From contig JAVKIP010000001.1 of NCBI GenBank assembly GCA_031459385.1, positions 64,001 to 128,000 of the forward strand: a DNA stretch of 64,000 nucleotides, in the 5' to 3' direction. Positions 32,573 to 41,534 of the stretch are shown here, piece after piece (positions within the stretch are counted from its first letter, which is position 1; every line of letters starts with the position of its first letter). The DNA is from Candidatus Fervidifonticultor secundus (GTDB lineage: Bacteria > Sysuimicrobiota > Sysuimicrobiia > Sysuimicrobiales > Humicultoraceae). The notes under the pieces were generated by a model. The model was not told where the DNA came from and searched no databases. It was given only the letters and a program-made list of their open reading frames with translations. Made by a program: the position numbers and the translations under genes.

Positions 32573-33364
32573 CTACCGCCCCACGAACTTCGGGTCGGTC
32601 TTGGCCTTGAACGCCTCGTAGAAGCGCCGGTGGTCCTCGGCCATGAGCATCAGCGCCTGCGCCTGCGCCTCGGCCTCCAGCGCGGCGTCCAGGTCCATGT
32701 GCTGTTCGTGCTGGAGCATGCGTTTGGTCATCCCCACGGCCTGCGTGGGGCCGCTGGCGAGTCGCTGCGCCCAGTCGCGCGCGGTCGGCAGCAGGTCGTC
32801 GTGGGGGACCACGCGGTTGACCAGGCCGTAGCGCTCGGCGGTGGCGGCGTCGATCGCATCGCCGAAGAGCAGTAACTCCGCCGCGCGGCCCGTGCCGACC
32901 AGGCGGGGCAGCAGGTATGCCGCGCCCATGTCGGCGCCGGTCAGGCCCACCTTCGTGAACAGAAACGCGAAGCGCGCGCGGTCCGACGCCAAGCGCAGGT
33001 CGCTGGCCAGCGCCAGCACCGCGCCGGCGCCCGCGGCCATGCCGTTGATCGCCGCGATGATGGGCCGGTCCAGGGTGCGCATCGCCTTGACCACGGCGCC
33101 GGTCATGCGCGTGAACTCCAGGTGCCCGCGCACGTCGCGCCGGAGGAGCTCCCCGATGATCTCGTGTACGTCTCCGCCCGAGCAGAACCCCGCCCCGGCG
33201 CCGGTCAGGATCAGCGCACGCACGGCCTCGTCGTACCGGAGGGCTTCCAGGAGGTCGCGCAGCTGCCCGTAGACGGTGAACGTGAGGGCGTTGAGGACCT
33301 GCGGGCGGTCGAGGGTGATGGTGGCCACGCCGTCGGCCACCTCGTAGCGGAAGTCGTAGCTCAT
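32573..33364 (-). CDS. Enoyl-CoA hydratase family protein (abm-cluster type)
   Basis: NALTF, FCSGGDVHEIIG, AAGAGAVLALASDLR, VGLTGADMGAAYLLPR. Confidence 0.92.
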   Translation of the reverse strand: MSYDFRYEVADGVATITLDRPQVLNALTFTVYGQLRDLLEALRYDEAVRALILTGAGAGFCSGGDVHEIIGELLRRDVRGHLEFTRMTGAVVKAMRTLDRPIIAAINGMAAGAGAVLALASDLRLASDRARFAFLFTKVGLTGADMGAAYLLPRLVGTGRAAELLLFGDAIDAATAERYGLVNRVVPHDDLLPTARDWAQRLASGPTQAVGMTKRMLQHEQHMDLDAALEAEAQAQALMLMAEDHRRFYEAFKAKTDPKFVGR

Positions 33365-33473
33365 CGCTGCCTCCTCGGAGGACGGCTGCGCTTTCCTTCT
33401 CCCCGGTGCGCGGGTGGGTCCTCTCGCGCCGCTCCCCGGTGTCGGCCCCGGTGCTGGCCCCCGCGCCCGGCGG

Positions 33474-35639
33474 CTACTCCGCGTCGAGCTCCGGCGGATC
33501 CATCAGGCACAGGTCCGCGCGGCCCGCGGCCAGGATCGTGTTGGCCTCGTCGGCCGTGACCAGGTACCCGCCTACCAGCGTCGGGACCCTGGCTTCGTTG
33601 CGAATGAGATCCGCCAGACCGGTGAGGGAGCCGCGGCCGTAGGCCGGGTGCCCCTCGGGCACCGTCTGCCCCGCCAGCACCCACAGCAGGTCCGCGCCCT
33701 GCGCGGCGAACGCCCGGGCAGCGGTCACCGCGTCCTCCGCTTCGAATCCGCCGGGCACGCAGTCGGAGGCGGAGAACGCCACGCAGAGCGGCCGGTCGGC
33801 GGGCCAGGCCTCCCGCACTGCCGCCAGGACCTCCAGGGGGAACCGCAGCCGCCCGGCCACGGCGCCGCCGTAGGCGTCGCGGCGCCGGTTCGTGAGCGGC
33901 GAGAGAAAGCTGGCCAGCAGGTACCCCCACCCGGCGTGCAGCACCAGCAGGTCGAAGCCGGCCGCGGCCGCGCGGGCTGTCGCCGCTACGAAGGCGTCGC
34001 GCACCGCGGTCATGGCGTCGCGGTCTATCGCTCGTGGCACCTGGCTCGCTTTCGTGTAGGGGACGGCTGATGCCGCCACGAGCGGCCAGGCGCCCGCGCG
34101 CAGCGGCCGGTCCAGGCCCTCTTGGCGCGGCCGCACGGCGCCGCGCCGACCGGCGTGGTTGAGGACGATGCCGAGGGCTGCGGGCGCCTGCCGCCGCACC
34201 GCGCTCACCGTTGCCTGCCAGGCATCGGCGTGAAGGGCCTCGTAGAGCCCCGGGTCGCCGGGCGTCACGCGGCCGTCGGCGGTTACCGCCACGGGCTCGG
34301 TCAGCACCAGCGCCGCGCCGGCGGCCGCGCGACGCGCGAGCGCCTGGCGGTGGCGCTCCCCGGGTAGACCGCCGGGTGCCACATCTGCCGGCCGGCAGGC
34401 CAGCACGACGCGGTTGGGCAGAGATAGCCCGCGCAGGCGCAGGGGGGCCAGCAGCGGCGGCGGGGCCACCAGGGGGACGGCGGCGCTGCCCCCGTGCGCG
34501 CCCGCCGCAGCGTGCGCGGCGAACCAGCGGTCCACCCCCGCCACGAACAGCGGATCGCGGACCCGCAGCGAGTCGTACGAGATCCGTCCACTGCGCGTCA
34601 TCAGGTGGAAGGCGAACTGGGGCGGGGCCAGGTGCAGGTAGCGCCGCAGGCGCTCGAAGTACGTCTGGCTCTCCGCGGCGGCCTGTTGCAGGGCTTCGAC
34701 CGCGGGCCGGCGCGTGGCCTCGTAGTCGTTGAACGCCGTCTCCCGGTCGCGGTGCGTCTCGAAGGCGCGTGCCAGCGCCACGGCGTCCTCCATGGCCAGT
34801 TTCGTGCCCGACCCGATGGAGAAGTGCGCGGTGTGGGCGGCATCGCCCAGGAGCACGACGTTCTGGTGCCACCACCGTGCGCACCGCACCGTCACGAAGT
34901 TGATCCACCGCGAGTTGTTGGAGAGCAGCGGGCGGTCGGCGAGGAAGTCGCCGAAGAGGCGCTGGCAGTAGGCCAGGCTCGCGGCCTCGTCGGCCTCGGC
35001 GAGGCCGGCCGCCCGCCAGACCTCCTCGGCGCACTCCACGATGAACGTGCTGGTCGTGCCGTCGAACGGGTACGCGTGGACCTGAAACAGCCCGTCGGGA
35101 CCGTCGCGGATGATGAAGGTGAAGGCGTCCAGCCAGCGCGTGGTCCCTAGCCAGATGTAGCGGGTCCGGCCCACGTCCAGCGTGGGGGTGAAGGCTCTGG
35201 CGAAGGCCCGGCGGATCACGCTGTTGACGCCGTCGGCCGCAATCACCACGTCGGCGTCCAGGTAGGGTGCCGGGTCGGCGACGTCGGCGCGAAAGCGCAG
35301 CGCCACGCCCAGCTCCGCGCAGCGCCGCTGCAGGATCTCCAGCAACGCGGTACGCCGGATCCCGGCGAAGGGCTGTCCACCGCACCGGAGCACCTCGCCG
35401 CGATGGTGGATCGCGATCGTGTCCCAGAGGACGAACCGGTCGGTGATCTCGCGGTACGTCGTCGTGTCGGCCTCCTGGAAGCCCGCCAGGGTGCGCTCGG
35501 AGAAGACGACGCCCCACCCGTAGGTGGCGTCGGGCGGGTTGCGCTCGAAGACGGTGACCTCCCGCCGGGGATCGGCCTTCTTGAGCAGCAGCGCGGCGTA
35601 CAGCCCGGCGGGACCGCCGCCGATGACCACGATCTTCAC
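33474..35639 (-). CDS. Bifunctional anthraniloyl-CoA monooxygenase/reductase (salicylyl-CoA 5-hydroxylase, AbmA-like; paralog 1)
   Basis: IGGGPAGLY, TYGWGVVFS, GDAAHTAHFSIGSGTKLAMEDA; OYE domain GYLLASFLSPLTNRRRDAYGG, ILAAGRADLC. Confidence 0.9.
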   Translation of the reverse strand: MKIVVIGGGPAGLYAALLLKKADPRREVTVFERNPPDATYGWGVVFSERTLAGFQEADTTTYREITDRFVLWDTIAIHHRGEVLRCGGQPFAGIRRTALLEILQRRCAELGVALRFRADVADPAPYLDADVVIAADGVNSVIRRAFARAFTPTLDVGRTRYIWLGTTRWLDAFTFIIRDGPDGLFQVHAYPFDGTTSTFIVECAEEVWRAAGLAEADEAASLAYCQRLFGDFLADRPLLSNNSRWINFVTVRCARWWHQNVVLLGDAAHTAHFSIGSGTKLAMEDAVALARAFETHRDRETAFNDYEATRRPAVEALQQAAAESQTYFERLRRYLHLAPPQFAFHLMTRSGRISYDSLRVRDPLFVAGVDRWFAAHAAAGAHGGSAAVPLVAPPPLLAPLRLRGLSLPNRVVLACRPADVAPGGLPGERHRQALARRAAAGAALVLTEPVAVTADGRVTPGDPGLYEALHADAWQATVSAVRRQAPAALGIVLNHAGRRGAVRPRQEGLDRPLRAGAWPLVAASAVPYTKASQVPRAIDRDAMTAVRDAFVAATARAAAAGFDLLVLHAGWGYLLASFLSPLTNRRRDAYGGAVAGRLRFPLEVLAAVREAWPADRPLCVAFSASDCVPGGFEAEDAVTAARAFAAQGADLLWVLAGQTVPEGHPAYGRGSLTGLADLIRNEARVPTLVGGYLVTADEANTILAAGRADLCLMDPPELDAE

Positions 35640-35646
35640 GGGCGCC

Positions 35647-36492
35647 TCACGCGACGATGTCGGCCAGGCGCGCGAGCTGCGTCAGCTCGGCCACCGCGGG
35701 AAACAGGACGAGCTCGTGGCACCCGGCGTCCGCGTAGCCCCGGAGGAACTGCACGACCGCCTGCGGGGTCGTCAGCAGCGCTGCGGCGATGCGTTCGGCG
35801 AAGGGCCCGGTGAAGGCGTAGTAGTCCTTCATGTACCGGATGCCGGCCTCGATCGTGGCGTCGTCGCCCAGCGCGAAGTACCCCTGGCCCCACAGCCGCG
35901 GCTCGCCCGGACGCCCGGCGTCGATCCAGGCGGCGCGCGCGCGGTCGGCGGCGCGGGCGAACGCGCGCGGCGGGCCGCCGCCGTGCACGTACCCGTCGGC
36001 GTACCGGGCCGCCCGGGCGAACGCCTCGTCGGTCAGCCCGCCGACCAGCAGCGGCGGGCCCTGCGGTCGCAGCGCGCGCGGCACGACGGGGCTGCCCTCC
36101 CACAGCGTCCGCAGCGTCGCCAGCTGCTCGGACAGCACGCGGCCGCGGTGGCGGTGCGCGACGCCCGTGACCGCGTAGTCCTCGTGGCGTGCGCCCACGC
36201 CCACGCCGACCACCAGCCGCCCGCCCGAGAGGGCGTCCAGCGAGGCGAGGCTCTTGGCCAGCAGCGCGGTATTGCGCAGCGGCGCCACCACGATCATCGT
36301 GGCCAGCTGCACGCGCCGCGTGACCGCAGCGGCAGCCCCCAGCGTCACCAGGGGCTCGAAGCTGTCGTAGGGCATGCGGTCGATGACACCCAGGCTGGAG
36401 AACGGGCCGGCATCGGCCCGTTGGGCCCAGGTCAGCAATAGCTCACCGGGCGCGCCGGGGATGCCGCTTGGCAGTCCGATCCCAACCTGCAT
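35647..36492 (-). CDS. LLM-class flavin-dependent oxidoreductase
   Basis: GGAGG RBS; MQVGIGLP, SLGVIDR, LAKSLASLDALSGGRL..GVGVG, ARAARYADG. Confidence 0.85.
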   Translation of the reverse strand: MQVGIGLPSGIPGAPGELLLTWAQRADAGPFSSLGVIDRMPYDSFEPLVTLGAAAAVTRRVQLATMIVVAPLRNTALLAKSLASLDALSGGRLVVGVGVGARHEDYAVTGVAHRHRGRVLSEQLATLRTLWEGSPVVPRALRPQGPPLLVGGLTDEAFARAARYADGYVHGGGPPRAFARAADRARAAWIDAGRPGEPRLWGQGYFALGDDATIEAGIRYMKDYYAFTGPFAERIAAALLTTPQAVVQFLRGYADAGCHELVLFPAVAELTQLARLADIVA

Positions 36493-36589
36493 GCAGACCT
36501 CCACGCCCGGGAGTGCGCGCCACACCGGCGCGACGGTGCATATGGTTCGCACGGGGCCGGCGCGCCTCCTGGCGGGCTGCGGGGCAGGC

Positions 36590-37426
36590 CTACTCTTTGA
36601 GCGCGCCGGTCAGGCCCGCGACGTAGTGTTCGACGAAGAACGAATACGCCAGTGCCACCGGGACCGACCCCAGCAGCGCGCCGGCCATCAGCGGGCCCCA
36701 CTGGAAGACGTCGCCGGTCACGAGCTCGGTGGCCAGGCCCACCGGAATCGTCTTCTGCGCCGACGACGAGAGGAAGACCAGGGCGTACAGGTACTCGTTC
36801 CACGACAGCGTGAACGAAAAGATCAGACACGAGAGGATCCCGGGCAACGCCAGCGGCAGCGTCACGTGCCGCATGACCTGGAAGCGGTCGGCCCCGTCGA
36901 TGCGCGCGCAGTCCTCCAGTTCCACCGGGATCGACCGGAAGTAGCCCATGAGCAACCAGGTCGCGAACGGGATCAGGAACGTCGGGTAGCTCAGGATCAA
37001 CGCACCCGGGTGGTCCCACAGGCCCAGCGCGTTGATCACCCGCGACAGCGGGATGAACAGAATGACCGGCGGCACCAGGTACGAGAGGAAGATGGCCACG
37101 CCCAGGGCCCCCGCGCCGCGGAAGCGTAGCCGCTGGATGGCGTAGGCGGCCAGCAGACTCGCTGCCAGCGAGAGGGCCGTCGACCCCACGGAGATCACCA
37201 GGGTGTTCCACAGCCACGGCAGGAACGACGTGCGGACCAGCAGCGTCTCGACGTGGGCCAGCGTGGGGCGCGTCGTCCACAGCTGGTTCAGGGCCAGGTT
37301 GTAGAGGTCGCGGTTGGGTTTGATGGCGGTGATCAGCATCCAGTAGAACGGGAACAGCAGGAAGACGAGGAACGCCCACAGCGGCAGGTAGAAGGTCAGG
37401 GCGCGGACCACCAGGGCGCGGGGCAT
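36590..37426 (-). CDS. Carbohydrate ABC permease (MalG-like)
   Basis: IPVELEDCARIDGA (EAA loop), SWNEYLYA, GLTGALK. Confidence 0.9.
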   Translation of the reverse strand: MPRALVVRALTFYLPLWAFLVFLLFPFYWMLITAIKPNRDLYNLALNQLWTTRPTLAHVETLLVRTSFLPWLWNTLVISVGSTALSLAASLLAAYAIQRLRFRGAGALGVAIFLSYLVPPVILFIPLSRVINALGLWDHPGALILSYPTFLIPFATWLLMGYFRSIPVELEDCARIDGADRFQVMRHVTLPLALPGILSCLIFSFTLSWNEYLYALVFLSSSAQKTIPVGLATELVTGDVFQWGPLMAGALLGSVPVALAYSFFVEHYVAGLTGALKE

Positions 37427-37427
37427 G

Positions 37428-38360
37428 TCACTCTCTCCGCAGGTAGTGGTAGGCGACCGCGACCGACGCCAGCAGCACCGGCAGCATGAAGCCCGAGATG
37501 GCAGCGCCCTCGCCGATGTAGCCGCCCTGGATCGCGCGCTGGTAGGCCAGGGTGCCCAGCAGGTGGGTGGCGTTGGCCGGGCCGCCCTTGGTGATGATCC
37601 AGACCAGCTGGAAGTCGCCGACGGTCATGATGGTGGAGAACACGGTCACCACGGCGGTGAGCGGGAGCAACAGCGGCCAGGTGATGGCCCAGAACTTCTG
37701 CCAGGGGCCCGCGCCGTCGATGTCGGCGGCCTCGTAGAGCGTGGGCGAGACGGTCTGCAGTCCGGCCAGCAGGCCGATGGCGAAGAAGGGGATCCCCCGC
37801 CAGACGTTGGCCGCAATGAGGGAGGCTCGGGCCAGCGTCGGGTCGCCCAGGTAGTTGATGAAGCCGTCGACCAGCCCCATCTGCTTCAGCATCCAGGTGA
37901 GGACGCTGAACGTCCCGTCGTAGAGCCAGTAGAAGACCAGCGCCGAGAGCGACGTCGGCACGATCCACGGCAGCAGCATCACGGCCCGCACGATTCGCTT
38001 GCCGGCGAACTCGCGGTTGACCAGCAGGGCCAGCAGGAAGCCCAGCGCCAGCTTGAACAGCACAGCGACGCCGGCGTAGAGGGCGGTGTTGAAGACCACC
38101 AGGCGGAACACCGCGTCGTCCAGGAGGTAGGCGAAGTTGGCCAGTCCGACGAACCGGCCGGGGGTCCCGATAGTGGCGTCGGTCAGGCTGAGCCAGGCTC
38201 CCAGCGCGAACGGGTAGGCCAGGAAGAGGGCCAGCAGCAGCACCGCCGGGCCCACCATGACCGCGCCCAGCACGTGCCGGTTCTCCACCAGGCGCGCCCA
38301 CCGCCCCTCGCGGCGGGCCGCGGTGGTTGTGGTAACGATCTCGACGCCGGCCATCTCCAC
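37428..38360 (-). CDS. Carbohydrate ABC permease (MalF-like)
   Basis: FVGLANF, LLPWIVP, LYEAADIDGA, TKGGPANAT. Confidence 0.9.
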   Translation of the reverse strand: MEMAGVEIVTTTTAARREGRWARLVENRHVLGAVMVGPAVLLLALFLAYPFALGAWLSLTDATIGTPGRFVGLANFAYLLDDAVFRLVVFNTALYAGVAVLFKLALGFLLALLVNREFAGKRIVRAVMLLPWIVPTSLSALVFYWLYDGTFSVLTWMLKQMGLVDGFINYLGDPTLARASLIAANVWRGIPFFAIGLLAGLQTVSPTLYEAADIDGAGPWQKFWAITWPLLLPLTAVVTVFSTIMTVGDFQLVWIITKGGPANATHLLGTLAYQRAIQGGYIGEGAAISGFMLPVLLASVAVAYHYLRRE

Positions 38361-38448
38361 CCTTCGGCGCTCCCGGGCGAGGGACGCCGGTGGCGCCGCC
38401 CGCCCGAAAGCCGCCTCCCGTTCCGGCGGTCGCCCGCCGGAACGCGTC

Positions 38449-39852
38449 CTATGCCTGGTAGATCCGGCGCAGGCGGTCCTCCGCGGCCCGGATCGCGTCG
38501 CGTACGCTGCGCCGGCCGGTGAGGGCTTCCGCGAACATGTCCACGATCACGAACTCTGCCATGGCACGCGCCGACTTCGGCCCCGGCACGCCGGCATAGG
38601 AGTGCGGCAGCATCCGGGCCACCGCGTCCCGGAACGGCAGCGCCTTGGGGTCGGAACGCCAGACCGCGAGGCCATTGTACGCCCGCAGCGGGTGGGTGAC
38701 GTAGCCCAGCATGGCGTTGATCCAGCGGCTGTACTGGATATCCTCCATCATGAACCGGAGGAACTCCTTGGCCGCGTTGGGGGAGCGCGTGTACCGGAAG
38801 ATGTACGCCTGGCTGAACAGGTGCAGCTCGGTGGGCCGGCCGACCGGGCCGATGGGGAAGTTGGCGTGGTTCATGTCGCGGGCGATCTCAGGGAAGTCGT
38901 TGCGGGCAGCGAAGTAGATACTGATGCCGTTGTTGGTCAGGGAGATCTCGCCGGCCAGGAACGCCCGGTTGTTGTGGGGGTCGAGCCAGCCGGCCACGCC
39001 GGGGATCATGGTCTCGTAGAGCTGGCGCCCGTACTCCAGGGCGTTGACCGTCTCGGGCGCGTTGATGGTGATGGTCTTGTTGTCCGGCCCGACCGCCTTG
39101 GCCCCGAACGCCCACAGGCACCAGTGCACCCACACGTTGCCGTCGCCCACCGCCTTGCCCAGCGCGAACCCGGTGGGATGGCCCCGCCGGCGCAGCGCCT
39201 GGCACAGCCGGAGGAACTCGTCGGTGGTCCTGGGGAATTTGGCCGGATCGGGGTCGAACCCCGCCTCCTTCACCCACGACTCGCGGTAGTTGATGGTCGC
39301 CCCCGGGGCGCCGATGGGCACGCCGATCCACTGCTTATGCTCCTGGCTGAAGCCGTACTGCGGCGCCACCGGGAACCAGCCGCCGTACTTGCGCCCCAGG
39401 TACTCGGCGAGGTCGGTCACCGGCACCAGCTTGTCGGCCCACAGGTGCGGCTCGTCGAAGAACCCGATGACGATGTCGGGGCCGGCCCCGACGTTGGCCG
39501 CGGCGGCCGCCTTGGGCTGGACGTCGGTCCACGTCTCGCGCTCGACCGTCACCTGCACCCCGGTGCGGCGGCTGAACTCGGCGGCGTTCTGCTGGAACGT
39601 GGGCTCGTCGGTGCTGACGAACTGCGACCAGCGCAGCACGCGCAGCGTGGCTCCCCGTTCCACCGGGAACGACATCGTGAGGTCCGGATTGTAGGATCCC
39701 GGGGGCAGCTGCGCGGCAGCCTCCTGCAGCCAGCCACGCAGGCCGAGGTGAGCCATCGTCGCGCCCGCCAGGCCGGCCGCACCCGCCTTCAGCACCTGCC
39801 GGCGCGTCAGGCCGTGTTCGCGTTGCGCCACGCGGGGATGGTCATGCGCCAT
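38449..39852 (-). CDS. Family 1 ABC solute-binding protein with Tat signal
   Basis: GGGAGG RBS; LTRRQVLK; GAGPDI, NNRAFLAGEIS.TNNG.SIY; upstream of two sugar permeases. Confidence 0.88.
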   Translation of the reverse strand: MAHDHPRVAQREHGLTRRQVLKAGAAGLAGATMAHLGLRGWLQEAAAQLPPGSYNPDLTMSFPVERGATLRVLRWSQFVSTDEPTFQQNAAEFSRRTGVQVTVERETWTDVQPKAAAAANVGAGPDIVIGFFDEPHLWADKLVPVTDLAEYLGRKYGGWFPVAPQYGFSQEHKQWIGVPIGAPGATINYRESWVKEAGFDPDPAKFPRTTDEFLRLCQALRRRGHPTGFALGKAVGDGNVWVHWCLWAFGAKAVGPDNKTITINAPETVNALEYGRQLYETMIPGVAGWLDPHNNRAFLAGEISLTNNGISIYFAARNDFPEIARDMNHANFPIGPVGRPTELHLFSQAYIFRYTRSPNAAKEFLRFMMEDIQYSRWINAMLGYVTHPLRAYNGLAVWRSDPKALPFRDAVARMLPHSYAGVPGPKSARAMAEFVIVDMFAEALTGRRSVRDAIRAAEDRLRRIYQA

Positions 39853-39932
39853 GGCTCTTTGGCCTCCCTTCGTGTCCCTTGGCCTGTTCGCTGTCACTGA
39901 GAACTTTGACGCCAGCGAGGGCTTTCCTACCC

Positions 39933-40982
39933 TCACATGTCGACGAGGAGCGGCAGGTCGTCCCGGGGAAAGACCTCGCCGATGCGAGCGACGGTCTCGA
40001 CGCCGCGCGCGCGCAACGCGGCCTCGAGGAGGGCGGCGCGCGCGGGGGGCACGGCCAGCAGCAGGCCGCCGGAGGTCTGCGCGTCGGCCAGCAGCAGGCG
40101 GGTGAGCTCGTCCACCCCGGGCGCCCACCGGACTTTGTCGGCCAGCCACTCGAGGTTGCGGGCAGTGCCGCCGGCGATGGCGCCGCCGCGGGCCAGGTCG
40201 CGGGCTCCGTCGAGGATGGGGACGGCGCGTGCAGCGACGCGCGCCGCCACCCCGCTCGCCTCCACCAGCTCGTGCAGGTGCCCCAGCAGGCCGAAGCCCG
40301 TCACGTCGGTGGCGGCGTGCACGCCGACCTCCTGCATCGCCTCGGACGCGGCGCGGTTGAGGGTCGCCATGACCCGCACGGCCGCGTCCGCCACCTCGGG
40401 CGGGGTCTTCTCCTGCTTGATGCCGGTGGTGATGACGCCGATGCCGAGCGGTTTGGTCAGGACGAGGACGTCGCCGGCGCGCGCGCCGGCATTGGTCACG
40501 AACCGCTCGGGATGCACGAACCCCGTGACGGCCAGGCCGTACTTCGGCTCGGGGTCGTCGATGGTGTGGCCGCCCACGACGAGCACGCCCGCCTCGGTGG
40601 CCTTGTCGGCGCCGCCGCGCAGGATCTCGGCCAGCAGGTCCAGCGGCAGCCGGCGGGGGAAGCCGGCGATGTTGAGGGCAAGCACCGGCCGGCCGCCCTT
40701 GGCGTAGATGTCCGAGAGGGCGTTGGCCGCGGCGATGACCCCGAACGTGTACGGGTCGTCCACGATGGGCGTGAAGACGTCGACGGTCTGGACCAGCGCC
40801 AGGTCGCCGCGCAGCCGGTAGATGGCCGCGTCATCATGGGTGCCGAACCCCAGCAGCAGGTTCGGGTCGCCGGGTCTGGGCAGGTGGCGCAGCACGTACG
40901 CCAGCTCGCCGGGCGGCAGCTTCGACGCTCAGCCCGCGCAGGCGACCAGGGACGTGAGCCGCACGCGCTCGCGCTGGGTCAT
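39933..40982 (-). CDS. selD: Selenide, water dikinase; selenoprotein with Sec18 (in-frame TGA 40929-40931)
   Basis: AAAGGAGG RBS then MTQRERVRLTSLVACAG-U-ASKLPPGEL, continuous with DDAAIY, QTVDVFTPIVDDP, NALSDIYA, GGHTIDD.EPKYGL, TDVTGFGLLGH, DAQTSGGLL. Confidence 0.93.
40898..40928 (-). promoter_or_regulatory. Putative bacterial SECIS hairpin
   Basis: UGA-GCGUC-GA-AGCU-GCC-[GCCC]-GGC-G-AGCU-GGCGU directly 3' of the UGA; small apical loop beginning with G. Confidence 0.65.
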
Positions 40983-41056
40983 GCGCCACCTCCTTTCCGC
41001 ACCGCCGCCCGGAACAACGGCCGGCACGCAGGCGTTCTTCCGGTATCATAGCGGAG

Positions 41057-41473
41057 ATGGGTGCGTACGAGGTCATCGAGCACACGGCCGACGTGGGGCT
41101 CGTCGTCCGGGGCCGCTCGCTGCGGGATCTGTTCGAGACCGCCGCGGAGGGCATGTTCACCTTCCTGGTGGACCCCGCCACGGTCGAGAACCGGGCCTGG
41201 CGGATGCGCCGGGTCGACGCCGAGGACGTCGAGGGCCTGTTGGTGGCGTGGTTGAACGACCTGCTGCTGCTGCTGAACGCGGAGGAGTTCGTCCCCAAGG
41301 TCTTCGTCGTGGACGAGATCTCCCCCACGCGGGTGCGTGCCACCGTGCACGGCGAGCCGGTCGACCCCGGCCGTCACCGGTTTCGCCTGGACGTGAAGGC
41401 TGCGACCTACCATGGGCTGGAGGTCCGGCAGACCCCGCAGGGGTGGACCGCGACGGTCATCTTCGACGTGTGA
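41057..41473 (+). CDS. Archease (SHS2 domain)
   Basis: YEVIEHTADVG, LLVAWLNDLL, DVKAATYHGL, C-terminal IFDV. Confidence 0.93.
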   Translation: MGAYEVIEHTADVGLVVRGRSLRDLFETAAEGMFTFLVDPATVENRAWRMRRVDAEDVEGLLVAWLNDLLLLLNAEEFVPKVFVVDEISPTRVRATVHGEPVDPGRHRFRLDVKAATYHGLEVRQTPQGWTATVIFDV

Positions 41474-41534
41474 GGAGCGGGCGGGTGCGGTGGCGGGCGA
41501 GTCCCTGATGCCGTGGGCGCGGGGGGCGCGGGGC

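Noticed and set aside
33401..33453. Three CCCCGGTG copies in an intergenic gap, considered as CRISPR or iterons
   Set aside because: Only 8 bp, irregular spacing, no cas genes; expected by chance at this GC content
40929..40931. selD as a nonsense pseudogene
   Set aside because: The stop falls at the catalytic Cys/Sec position with a downstream hairpin, and the rest of the gene is intact, so Sec recoding is the better explanation
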